Virus genome (UHGV): UHGV-0342795
Strand: one strand, 5' to 3'
Source: a virus
Length of the DNA stretch: 43,959 bases
The translations under genes and the position numbers were made by a program. Within the stretch, counting starts at the first letter, position 1, and every line of letters starts with the position of its first letter. The notes below the pieces were generated by a model that did no database searches, was not told the origin of the DNA, and saw only the letters and a list, made by a program, of their open reading frames with translations. Of this stretch, positions 9,176 through 17,398 are shown piece by piece.

Positions 9176-9557
9176 ATGGAGTTCCTTTGAACAGGTATAG
9201 GTTTTCTTTGTGTAGTACCATAAGGTAGTACGGAGCCTTTTGCTCAAGTGCTTCCAGCATGAAAGCTACCTGACCCGGTTGCCAAGTGAAATTAAGAAGG
9301 ACGTCAGTGAACTTCGCCTGACGACAAACCTTAGCTTCAATGAAGATGACGCGAGAGCCCTTGTAGGCAACTATGTCCGGGAACCCGTTCTGCAACGTGT
9401 TCTCTACTCGATAATAGTTCCATCCCTTGGGTTCTAGTTTACGCTTAACGTAATGGTACACCGCGTCCTCTTTGGCATCAGGCTTCCCTCTCCACGCCAA
9501 TACTGCGGCATAGAGAGGGAAGTTGAACACCTTCATTTCAATGAAGGACACAGCCAT
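9132..9557 (-). CDS. VRR-NUC domain nuclease
   Basis: The motif GFPDIVAYKGSRVIFIEAKV is the hallmark VRR-NUC PD-(D/E)xK signature (G.PD......FIE.K). Confidence 0.75.
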   Translation of the reverse strand: MAVSFIEMKVFNFPLYAAVLAWRGKPDAKEDAVYHYVKRKLEPKGWNYYRVENTLQNGFPDIVAYKGSRVIFIEAKVCRQAKFTDVLLNFTWQPGQVAFMLEALEQKAPYYLMVLHKENLYLFKGTPYGNIKNSSDFAELV

Positions 9558-9560
9558 ACT

Positions 9561-10337
9561 CTAGAACGTAGCTCCGCCGGGGGTAACATCAATGGCTTCA
9601 GATGCGTCACCCGCTTCCAGCGCAGTGAAGTCTAGACGCTGTTCGGGAGTGGGCAACGCCTTGCGTTCCTCAGTGACAAGCTGAAGCGTTTCCTTGCCGA
9701 CGAACCCTGCGAACTCCACATGCAGACCAGCCCACGAGCCCTGATCGTTGCTCATGGGAACCGTGGTCAGTGTCCACTTCATGAAGTAGGGAAGAGCCTT
9801 ACGTCCAGTTCCCGGGATGAACGTGCTGGTCAGCAAGCGGTTCCACCTACGGGCTTCCTTCAGTTGCGTGGAGGACAAGCAGAGAAGGCAGATACCGTCT
9901 TCGATGTAGTCCGGGAACACGATGTAGTATGTGTACGTATCAACGAACTCGTTTCCTGTTCTGGAGATGAGCTTGTTCTTTTCGTTGCGGTGAAGCTCCC
10001 CAGTGGCCTCCATCTGAGCGACAATCTCAGGGGCATGCGCCTGAACGAAACCGCCGCGATTGGGCTTCCATTCGATAAAGTAACGGTCGAACCGTCCCAC
10101 CACAACGTCAACCGGGGGCTCAATGACCCTGTTGTTGATGTTGTTCAGGAACATGCCTTCTTCCGCGCCGGGGATATGGTTAGGATCAGTGCGCTTGCAT
10201 TGCGGGGACAGGCTCTGCAGAATGCGAATGAACGGGAACGCAACAACGTCAGCGGAAAGGCTTTCAAAGCCTCCCAGTCCGTCGTCGAAGAGATGGGAAT
10301 AGTCCTCAGCCTGATTCTGCATGGTTTCCTTGGTCAT
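9561..10337 (-). CDS. Hypothetical protein (258 aa)
   Basis: The ATG is preceded by AGGAGA. It is acidic and aromatic-rich, and no motif was recognised. It follows two nucleases, so it could be a recombination partner such as an SSAP, but that is speculative. Confidence 0.5.
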   Translation of the reverse strand: MTKETMQNQAEDYSHLFDDGLGGFESLSADVVAFPFIRILQSLSPQCKRTDPNHIPGAEEGMFLNNINNRVIEPPVDVVVGRFDRYFIEWKPNRGGFVQAHAPEIVAQMEATGELHRNEKNKLISRTGNEFVDTYTYYIVFPDYIEDGICLLCLSSTQLKEARRWNRLLTSTFIPGTGRKALPYFMKWTLTTVPMSNDQGSWAGLHVEFAGFVGKETLQLVTEERKALPTPEQRLDFTALEAGDASEAIDVTPGGATF

Positions 10338-10353
10338 GATTGCGTCTCCTTGT

Positions 10354-10860
10354 TTAGCCTATGATGAACTTTTCATAGTCGGTTTTGTCGAAAGCACCGC
10401 CAGCCTGAACAGCAAGGTAGTGAGGCCCGAGTTGTGTAAGGTGGTCGACCACGTCCTGGAAGTATTGGCTATGCCCTTCTTCCTCGACAATGATCTTTTT
10501 CAGAAGCTGAGCCGACACGTGGTCAATCTCGCTCAGTTTCTGAATGTACTCGTTGTACTTGAATACCGTGTCCCGCTCGAGATCAGCGTCGGTTGCGAAA
10601 ACAACCATAGGCTCCTGATTGGTGTCCACGTTCTGAGCCGGGGCAACGATAGGAATGCCGCCGAGTTCACGAATACGCTCGCTGAGCATCTCAGCATGGC
10701 GCATTTCCGAAATGGCGATTTTCTTTACGGCCTTGGCAAACGTAGGGAACATGAGGTTGTCAAGGGCATAGTGGTGTTGCATGTACTGACCGATGGCGAC
10801 AAGCTCCATCGATCTGGCCAGATTCAGAATGTCTATAGATTCTTGAGGGTTCAAAGACAT
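10354..10860 (-). CDS. bfr: Bacterioferritin (Bfr-like ferritin-fold di-iron protein)
   Basis: It aligns to bacterioferritin. The segments ELVAIGQYMQHHY, AISEMRHAE and EEEGHSQYF supply the ferroxidase ligands (E18, E51, H54, ... E127, H130 equivalents) and the heme-ligand Met at position 52. AAGGAG lies upstream of the ATG. Length is 168 aa. Confidence 0.8.
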   Translation of the reverse strand: MSLNPQESIDILNLARSMELVAIGQYMQHHYALDNLMFPTFAKAVKKIAISEMRHAEMLSERIRELGGIPIVAPAQNVDTNQEPMVVFATDADLERDTVFKYNEYIQKLSEIDHVSAQLLKKIIVEEEGHSQYFQDVVDHLTQLGPHYLAVQAGGAFDKTDYEKFIIG

Positions 10861-10863
10861 TGC

Positions 10864-11010
10864 TTACTCCTTTTCGTTTAGTAGGTTACGCAGTTCTTCT
10901 ACGTATTCCAACAAGCGCGTCACGTCGTCGCTGGCTATGGACAAGCCTCCGACAAACATGTCATAGTCCCCTACCCGCGACTGAATCTCTTCCATTTCCT
11001 CGTCCGTCAT
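10864..11010 (-). CDS. Small acidic protein (48 aa), translationally coupled to the upstream gene
   Basis: An internal ATG of the listed 65-aa ORF overlaps the upstream stop as TAATG. There are no cysteines, so it is not a Bfd ferredoxin. Confidence 0.35.
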   Translation of the reverse strand: MTDEEMEEIQSRVGDYDMFVGGLSIASDDVTRLLEYVEELRNLLNEKE

Positions 11011-11606
11011 TACTTGCTCCTTTTGATTGTGGTATTGTAGTAGGTGAACGCGGATACGCACTTGGGAAGATCCTGCAGAGCAATATGGGAATCCCCGTCA
11101 AACGACGGGTTTTGCTCGTTAAGCAAACAAAGGTTCTTGATGTACGCCTTCAGAGTCATGGGGTGAACGGTCTGCTTGATGTCCGGGTAAAGGTCGAGGT
11201 TGTCCACCAACAGCTTCTTGATCTTGCGCAGGATGCTGGCATCCATCTTGCCGAGCTCCATTTGCGTCTTGAGGATGTTGGATTCACCCCGTTCGTCAAG
11301 GAACTTAGCAAACGCCTCCATGTCCGTAATAGTAGGCGACACGTCCATCTTGACCTGCACCTTCTCGCCCGAAGGAAGTTTAATCTCGGACAAGCCGTTC
11401 TGCATGAGCAGGTTGGGAATAAGCTCTTTGGAGGTCTTGTAGAACGCGGCCTTGGCTTGCGAAAGCTGTTCTTCCAAGGAGTCTACCGTATCCTTCTGGT
11501 TCTTGTACAGCTCCACCAACGCCTTGAGCTTGGCAAGGGAATCCTGCTCGGGAGCCTGATTAGATACCTCGTCCAGCGTTTCCATCAAATAATCAAAGTC
11601 ACCCAT
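11010..11606 (-). CDS. Hypothetical protein (198 aa)
   Basis: The ATG is preceded by AGGAGA. The protein is helical and charged, and no motif was recognised. Confidence 0.5.
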   Translation of the reverse strand: MGDFDYLMETLDEVSNQAPEQDSLAKLKALVELYKNQKDTVDSLEEQLSQAKAAFYKTSKELIPNLLMQNGLSEIKLPSGEKVQVKMDVSPTITDMEAFAKFLDERGESNILKTQMELGKMDASILRKIKKLLVDNLDLYPDIKQTVHPMTLKAYIKNLCLLNEQNPSFDGDSHIALQDLPKCVSAFTYYNTTIKRSK

Positions 11607-11624
11607 GATGCGTCTCCTTAGTGG

Positions 11625-12101
11625 TTAGTTGTTTAAGAATCCGAAAACGATCTCGGTAACGTGCATTCCTTCTTCCGTTACCCAGACGCCACCCTGCTCA
11701 TCCCTCACTGCCAAGGGCATGACAATAAGGTTCTTACGGTCAATCCTGACTACGGCATGGTACTTGCCCTCCTTTGTGATGCGCTTGCTTGCCGAAGCCG
11801 AAGGCGGGAATGCCTTGATGAGTTGCTTGCGACTGCCGTCATGGTACAGCTTGAGACCTTCCGAGGAAGGAACAGCCCAAACATCAATCTCGGCATACAG
11901 CTTGTAAAGAGGATGCTCAGCGCACTGCTCCAGCACGAAGTCATGAAGTGAACCCTGCATGACGAAGACAGACTTCAAATAGTCCTCTTCCCACGCAACG
12001 GCGTAGTTGCCACAAAGGTAGGTTTCTTCAACCTGTGCTCCATTGGCAACGGCAGGAGTAGCGAAGAGCAGACCAGTCAACATGAGCGCGGGGATGTTCA
12101 T
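11625..12101 (-). CDS. Secreted/periplasmic protein with cleavable signal peptide
   Basis: The N-terminus MNIPALMLTGLLFATPAVANG fits a signal peptide with n-region, h-region and an AxA cleavage site. The ATG overlaps the SNF2 stop as ATGA, and TGGAG lies upstream. Confidence 0.55.
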   Translation of the reverse strand: MNIPALMLTGLLFATPAVANGAQVEETYLCGNYAVAWEEDYLKSVFVMQGSLHDFVLEQCAEHPLYKLYAEIDVWAVPSSEGLKLYHDGSRKQLIKAFPPSASASKRITKEGKYHAVVRIDRKNLIVMPLAVRDEQGGVWVTEEGMHVTEIVFGFLNN

Positions 12102-13693
12102 ATTAACTCCAGAATGTCGTTGAGGTTGCTGGACATGAAGAAGTCGTTAAGGCTTCTCCCTTCCTTGTTGGACTGAAGAACCTTCTTCTCAAAGTTCACG
12201 TTGTACACAAGGTCGATATAGACCGCAGTCTTGTCGCTACCAATACGACTACTGCGTCCTTCCGCTTGCAGTCGGTTCTCGGTATTGTAATCACGAGAAT
12301 ACCAGATCTGCAATGCGGCTCCCTGAAGATTGAGGCCGTAGCCAGCAACTGCCGGATTACAAACGATGCACTGAACACTTCCTTCCTTGAACTGAGATAC
12401 TACTTCCCTACGTTCATCGTCTGGTACCGCACCATACAACATGGCACAAGAGACGTGCTTGCTGAGAGCTTCATGAAGCATGACGATCTCCTTGGTGAAT
12501 ACCGCGAAGACAAGGAACTGAGCGTCCCCTATCTCGTCCAGCATCTCCATGATGTAATCCAGCTTGGCGTTCTTGCAATCAATGGCTACGCTCTTGTCTT
12601 CTTGACCGCCCTTGATGACCGGATTGAAAAAGCCGCCGCATATCTGCAAAGCCTTTGAACCGATTGAAACCTTGCTCTGAAGGGTCATCATGGTTCCTTG
12701 ATACATCGCAACGGCAAACTCCTTGAGCTGCTCAAGGAGAGCCTTCTGGACAGGTTCCAGCTTGAATTCAACCGTTCGGTATGTCTTCGGCGGGAGCTTT
12801 ACATCGTCGTTTGGATCGGTGAATACAGTGTAAGGTTCTACCCGCGCCTTCAATACGTCCACGTTCTTGTATGGCGTATACTTCGGCGTCATGATGATAA
12901 ACCGCACATCATCCGGCGCAAGGTTGAGCGTCTGAGCCAGTGAGAAGATATCATTCTGGCTCTTGTGGGAAGCTTCCCAAAGACGCTTGACGCGCTTCCA
13001 AAGGAACTCGTCAATCTCCTGGATCTTAGTCACCTTGCGTCCGCCCTTGATCTCAAACGTCTTTTGCATAAGAACGGTGTACTCGCTCTTAAACGACATG
13101 AAGGACTGGTTTATGATCTTTGGGCTCATGAAGTAGAACAACGACCACACGTCCACCACGCGCTTGGCAAGCGCAGTGCCAGTAAGAATCAGGGCTGGCC
13201 CTCCACACCAGTTGCGAACCATGTAGAGCTTCTTCGTTCTCTTAGTAGTGGGCGTCTTAATACGAGTGGCCTCGTCAAGCACGATCATGGTACGCCCTGA
13301 AACAATGAACTTGTCCAGAGCCCAATCCGCAGTATCGTGGGAAAAAGCGTCCACGTGCACAGCCAAAACCTTGAGTCCGTCAAACTGACTGCGCAAGAAC
13401 CCAAGCAACTGCGCCTGATACGCCTTTGTCTTGGTAGAAAGGAACGCCATTGCGTTGTACGGAACAGGGCAATGCGTGGGCAACTGTTCGTCAACCCATT
13501 GCGTGTGAACCAGATTGGGAGCCACTACCAGCACCCGATCGATCTCACCCTTAAGGTACTTGTGCGCCATGATGTCGATTGCGACCTTGGTCTTGCCTCG
13601 TCCCATTGTGAGGAACAACGCGCCGTTACGCAAGTCCTTCAGCTTGTCAAAAGCCTTCTGTTGGTATGGAAGGGGCTCAGTTAAGAACTGCAT
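12098..13693 (-). CDS. SNF2/DEAD-like superfamily-2 helicase
   Basis: Motif I is LTMGRGKTKVAI and motif II is VLDEATRIK. Motif VI is QAEGRSSRIGSDKT. The start is taken at the ATG 13693-13691, which has AGGAGA upstream. The listed ORF starts 18 codons earlier. Confidence 0.8.
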   Translation of the reverse strand: MQFLTEPLPYQQKAFDKLKDLRNGALFLTMGRGKTKVAIDIMAHKYLKGEIDRVLVVAPNLVHTQWVDEQLPTHCPVPYNAMAFLSTKTKAYQAQLLGFLRSQFDGLKVLAVHVDAFSHDTADWALDKFIVSGRTMIVLDEATRIKTPTTKRTKKLYMVRNWCGGPALILTGTALAKRVVDVWSLFYFMSPKIINQSFMSFKSEYTVLMQKTFEIKGGRKVTKIQEIDEFLWKRVKRLWEASHKSQNDIFSLAQTLNLAPDDVRFIIMTPKYTPYKNVDVLKARVEPYTVFTDPNDDVKLPPKTYRTVEFKLEPVQKALLEQLKEFAVAMYQGTMMTLQSKVSIGSKALQICGGFFNPVIKGGQEDKSVAIDCKNAKLDYIMEMLDEIGDAQFLVFAVFTKEIVMLHEALSKHVSCAMLYGAVPDDERREVVSQFKEGSVQCIVCNPAVAGYGLNLQGAALQIWYSRDYNTENRLQAEGRSSRIGSDKTAVYIDLVYNVNFEKKVLQSNKEGRSLNDFFMSSNLNDILELI

Positions 13694-13916
13694 CAGCGTC
13701 TCCTGTTGTGATCCCAGCTTCGCGCTGAACAAAACGAACGACCTCACGGTGAGGAATCAAAGGTCGTCCTGCCTTGCGCATGCACTGGATATGCTTCTTG
13801 TGTTCAGGATGGTTTACAAGGTAAGAGATACGAGAAGCGTCCTTACCCACCAGACGCGCGAATTGCGTCACAGTGTAGTACGGAACGCCCTCAAGCATCA
13901 ATGGCGAGTCTTTCAT
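13677..13916 (-). CDS. Small putative DNA-binding protein (79 aa)
   Basis: The ATG is preceded by GAGGGA. The segment YYTVTQFARLVGKDASRISYLV looks like a helix-turn-helix. Confidence 0.45.
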   Translation of the reverse strand: MKDSPLMLEGVPYYTVTQFARLVGKDASRISYLVNHPEHKKHIQCMRKAGRPLIPHREVVRFVQREAGITTGDADAVLN

Positions 13917-14349
13917 ATAAGTGTCCCTCGTCTCTCATGTGAAGCGTTAAGATTGTCTTGCTAACGTCCTGGCTGCGAACGATGTAGCCGTCCTTGCAGT
14001 AGTTGTGTATGTCGTACGTATCGCCTTCCTCCACCAGCCAAGGGCGGGCTTCGCCGTCAACGGAGATGCGGAACTCCTTGTCCATCAAGAAGCGCACAAC
14101 GTGACGCTTATGAGGCGCATTCTGCTTCCTGCGCTCAATCTCCTTGCGCAGTGCGGCGGAAGCCTCATTCAGTTGAACGTAGGCAGGATTCAACGCCATG
14201 CCCTTGCGACGCATGGCTATGAGAGAATGCTCTGCTCCACTCAAGAGCTTGTCAACCAAGAGTTCCAGTACGCCGTCCATACACTTTGCCTCGTTGTATA
14301 AAAGGTAAGACATTCCTACAGGTTGCGTGGGGAGTGCGCCGCCCGGCAC
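13891..14349 (-). CDS. Hypothetical protein (about 140-152 aa)
   Basis: The ORF start is a GTG (14349). An alternative ATG lies at 14313. It lies just downstream (in transcription direction) of a CGTTGTAG x4 repeat array. Confidence 0.45.
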   Translation of the reverse strand: MPGGALPTQPVGMSYLLYNEAKCMDGVLELLVDKLLSGAEHSLIAMRRKGMALNPAYVQLNEASAALRKEIERRKQNAPHKRHVVRFLMDKEFRISVDGEARPWLVEEGDTYDIHNYCKDGYIVRSQDVSKTILTLHMRDEGHLYERLAIDA

Positions 14350-14356
14350 TGTAGAG

Positions 14357-14397
14357 CGTTGTAGTTGCGTTGTAGTCCCGTTGTAGTGGCGTTGTAT
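14357..14397. repeat. Four direct copies of the 8-mer CGTTGTAG at 11-bp periodicity (last copy CGTTGTAT)
   Basis: The copies sit at 14357-64, 14368-75, 14379-86 and 14390-97 with 3-nt spacers. The array is in the 67-bp gap between two leftward genes. Confidence 0.6.
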
Positions 14398-14416
14398 AAA
14401 AGTACCACGATTACGA

Positions 14417-15193
14417 TCACTTACGGAACTGCGAAAACCGGATAGTTACGTCCTTATACATGCGTCCCGTGAGCGGATTGGTTTTGTCCTTGAGCATAAC
14501 ACAAGACGGGAACTTGTTGCGTAACAGCACCGCCGCCTTAACCCGAAGGTCATCGTCACGGTAAAGGTTACAACCTGAGTTCGTACCCGCTCCAAGTTGA
14601 TCGTCAGCAGTGAACAGGTTCAGCGTAGCCGTCCTGTAGCCAGCCTTCATCAGTTGGAGTTGCATGTGAAAGTCCTCAAGGATGTCCCCTTCCCATTCGT
14701 AACGGAAGCCTTCTCCCGACAGCGTGGGCAGGTGCAGGACTGGCGTCCACATGATGCGCTTGTTAATGCCCCACGTCTTTGTTTCAGTGTGGGCGAACAT
14801 GCGATGACGCAAGCCTATCATGGGGAACTCCGAACTTACGTTTTCGAACACAGGTCTAAGCGCGTTGTCTATGCTGACGGGATGGAGCTTTTCGAGCTTG
14901 TTGCCGTTGCGATAGGCAAACGCCAGATCGTCATCGAAGATGCCGAGCTTTTCAACGTCCCGAACGTAAGCCTCTTCCATGATGATGTCCCGAATGCGAG
15001 ACACCTTGTTAGCAGTATGCAACATGAGCCTTACGTTGAACGCTTTAGCTACAGGCTTGTACGCTTCAGCTTCATCCTTGTGCACCCAAAGGGATACAGG
15101 GTAATGAGAATGCTGGAGCCACGTGAGCGTCAGTTGCCTGTTCAGCAGAACGTCTGCCCTTCCCCGGCTCAGTACGGCGAGTTCATACTTCAT
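14417..15193 (-). CDS. GT-A fold (GT2-like) glycosyltransferase, soluble
   Basis: An Asp-rich DxD-like segment (LGIFDDDLAF) lies at about residue 90. WEGDILEDFHMQLQLMKAGYRTATL matches the GT2 'ED.D..LRL..AGY+' catalytic-loop motif. AGGAGA lies upstream of the ATG, and no TM segments are seen. Confidence 0.5.
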   Translation of the reverse strand: MKYELAVLSRGRADVLLNRQLTLTWLQHSHYPVSLWVHKDEAEAYKPVAKAFNVRLMLHTANKVSRIRDIIMEEAYVRDVEKLGIFDDDLAFAYRNGNKLEKLHPVSIDNALRPVFENVSSEFPMIGLRHRMFAHTETKTWGINKRIMWTPVLHLPTLSGEGFRYEWEGDILEDFHMQLQLMKAGYRTATLNLFTADDQLGAGTNSGCNLYRDDDLRVKAAVLLRNKFPSCVMLKDKTNPLTGRMYKDVTIRFSQFRK

Positions 15194-15201
15194 ATCGTCT
15201 C

Positions 15202-16455
15202 CTAGAACATTTGACTTTCAATGAAACTGCGACGCATGGTGCATTCATAAGCCGTCTTGTCATGGCGGAAGCCTGTTACCCAGTTCGCCTTGGCATGATA
15301 AATGCGCTGGTTCCTTGCGCTGATATCCTGACCGTCAATGGTAAGGACTTGCCCGTAAAACTCAGTCTTGAGTGCGGGCTTGCCGTCCCGTACTTCACTG
15401 AGAGCCATACGCGTTTGCAATGGAATGCCGCTCACGGTAGCCAGCCAATGGACTCCAAGCTGTTCATTGTTGTCTCCCAACAAATAAACGCCGAGTGTGA
15501 TGCCAGCAATGAGCCCCGCCTTATCCCATTCACCGCCGTTGGTGTAGCCTATGACGAATGCGTCAATGTCTGTCTGACTAGCCATGGACATACTCCTCTT
15601 CAGTTTGATGGTGGAGTTCTTGTCACGGAAGTTGCCAATAGCCGGAATGTAGAACGAGCTCAGGTTCTTGAGAACTACACCTTCCTCACCGTTGGCAACC
15701 AGTGATTCAAAGTAGGTCTTCTTGCCCCGCTCCCATTGCTTGGGAAGGCGTACGGAACGATCGAGCATGGGCATGCCTTGCATGAGCTCAAGCCTTTCCC
15801 TGAAGGGAATCTCCGTGATGATCTTCTCACGTTCAATGGGAAGGAAGTCGAACGCCACCAGCTCCATGGGAGCCGTAGTGCGTTGCGCAAGGTGGCTGTC
15901 ATGCACGTTAAGCTGAAGCATAGACGTTACAGCGTTCAAGCCCTTCCCGGTGAAGTTGCCGTCATTGAGCTCCACGAACCCGTCAGTGACCAGTTCGCAG
16001 TCCAATATGAACTCTTCCTTCCAATGACCAGCGAACTCCTTGAGCGTGCTCAGCTTGCCGTTGAGCGGAACAAGAAGCTTTTCAGTGTACTCCACCGGAA
16101 GCAGGGTAACAGTCGAGCGATTACGCCCAAAGGCTGAAAAGCCCTCATCGGGATGGTAGACCAGAACCATGCGGCAACCATCGAACTTCTCTTCGGCTAC
16201 CCAACCATTGCCGTCGGAAATGACGGCCTCCTGCTCGTCCTGCTTGAGCTGGTCATAACGGTAAGCCAACTGAACGTCATGCAACTGATCACGCATGACG
16301 CGACCGAAGGTGATCTCCCGCTGTTCACGATAGTGTTCAGCGATGACCGCCTCCAAGTCCCTGTTCAGGATCTTGCCGTTCTTACCCGTCCCTTCATACG
16401 GAACACGCAATCCGAGCTCTTCGATTCTGTTGCACAACTGCGTAAACGTAGCCAT
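15202..16455 (-). CDS. ATP-dependent DNA ligase
   Basis: Nucleotidyltransferase motif I (KxDG) is AEEKFDGCRMVLVY. Motif IV/V-like EGVVLK is present. The start is taken at the ATG 16455-16453, which has GGAGG upstream. The ORF track's start is a TTG four codons earlier. The ATG overlaps the upstream stop as TAATG. Confidence 0.85.
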   Translation of the reverse strand: MATFTQLCNRIEELGLRVPYEGTGKNGKILNRDLEAVIAEHYREQREITFGRVMRDQLHDVQLAYRYDQLKQDEQEAVISDGNGWVAEEKFDGCRMVLVYHPDEGFSAFGRNRSTVTLLPVEYTEKLLVPLNGKLSTLKEFAGHWKEEFILDCELVTDGFVELNDGNFTGKGLNAVTSMLQLNVHDSHLAQRTTAPMELVAFDFLPIEREKIITEIPFRERLELMQGMPMLDRSVRLPKQWERGKKTYFESLVANGEEGVVLKNLSSFYIPAIGNFRDKNSTIKLKRSMSMASQTDIDAFVIGYTNGGEWDKAGLIAGITLGVYLLGDNNEQLGVHWLATVSGIPLQTRMALSEVRDGKPALKTEFYGQVLTIDGQDISARNQRIYHAKANWVTGFRHDKTAYECTMRRSFIESQMF

Positions 16456-17396
16456 TAGAACCTCCAAGCACTCGGAATGTAAGGTTGCTCCAAGGGAGAG
16501 AGGATGCGACTGAAGTTGTTCTTAATGCTCTTGCCGTCATCACGCACCCGACAATACTTGTCGTATTCGCAGAACAGGTTCTGCATGTCATTGCCACGGA
16601 GTGGGAACTCCTTGCCGTCTACAGTGAGGACAGGGAAGGACGGAATGCCGTTAATCGCAAGCCGCTTGAGCACGCTAGGCAGTTCAATCAGCTTAAGATG
16701 AGGCCAAACCCGTCTCATCCCGCGCTGGCACCCAATCCCCGGAACGATGAACTTCTCGTAGTCAAACATTAAATGGTTGTAAGAGAAGTCCAAAGCGAAC
16801 TGGTAAGCCAAGAAGTCCCCAAACCCCTCATGACGGCGGAAGATTGCGTAGGTGTAGCTCATGTCTGAAGAGTTGTAAGCCCTCTCCAGATCACCGCTGT
16901 CTTCCATGTGCTTCAGCGTCCTGAGGAACAGCTCCGTCCTTGTGGTGCAACCGAACGTCCACGGCGGAGTCATCATGTAAGCGTTGTTGTATACCGTAAC
17001 CCCGCAAGCGCGACGTGCTTCAACGAAGCTCTCAATGGCAGGAAGCGCGTTGTACGCATCGTACTTGTAATCCGGAAGGGATTCCCATGTCTCAATGCTG
17101 TTGAACAACCTGAACAGGAACATGCCCATGCGATGAGCGCGAGGGAGCTCAAAGCAATTCGCCTTGTCGTCAATGATGTTCTTCGCCATGTACTGCGAAA
17201 CACGATCAAGGATTCGGTAGGCGTTGGTGAACTTCCACTTGTCAAGGATAGGATCCTCGGACACCAGCGCAGTCCCATTGACACGTGCGAGGAACCGCTC
17301 TTGCCTACGAATAGCGAACCCGTAAAAGTCCACCAGTCGCTTACTGGTAGGCAGGTGCGGAGCCACCGGAAGGTCGTTAGCCTTGAACCAATCCAT
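16455..17396 (-). CDS. Hypothetical protein (313 aa), no recognised motif
   Basis: The start is taken at the ATG 17396 (AAAGGA upstream); the track start is a TTG. Conserved-looking segments are KWKFTNAYRILDR and HEGFGDFLAYQFALDF. It is embedded between the ligase and the HD hydrolase. Confidence 0.55.
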   Translation of the reverse strand: MDWFKANDLPVAPHLPTSKRLVDFYGFAIRRQERFLARVNGTALVSEDPILDKWKFTNAYRILDRVSQYMAKNIIDDKANCFELPRAHRMGMFLFRLFNSIETWESLPDYKYDAYNALPAIESFVEARRACGVTVYNNAYMMTPPWTFGCTTRTELFLRTLKHMEDSGDLERAYNSSDMSYTYAIFRRHEGFGDFLAYQFALDFSYNHLMFDYEKFIVPGIGCQRGMRRVWPHLKLIELPSVLKRLAINGIPSFPVLTVDGKEFPLRGNDMQNLFCEYDKYCRVRDDGKSIKNNFSRILSPLEQPYIPSAWRF

Positions 17397-17398
17397 GC

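Noticed and set aside
14357-14397. CRISPR-like array (CGTTGTAG repeats) and the CTGCCCCG repeats at 20618-20709
   Set aside because: Repeats are only 8 nt with 3-nt or irregular spacers, far too short for CRISPR repeat/spacer units. They are interpreted as protein-binding iterons instead.
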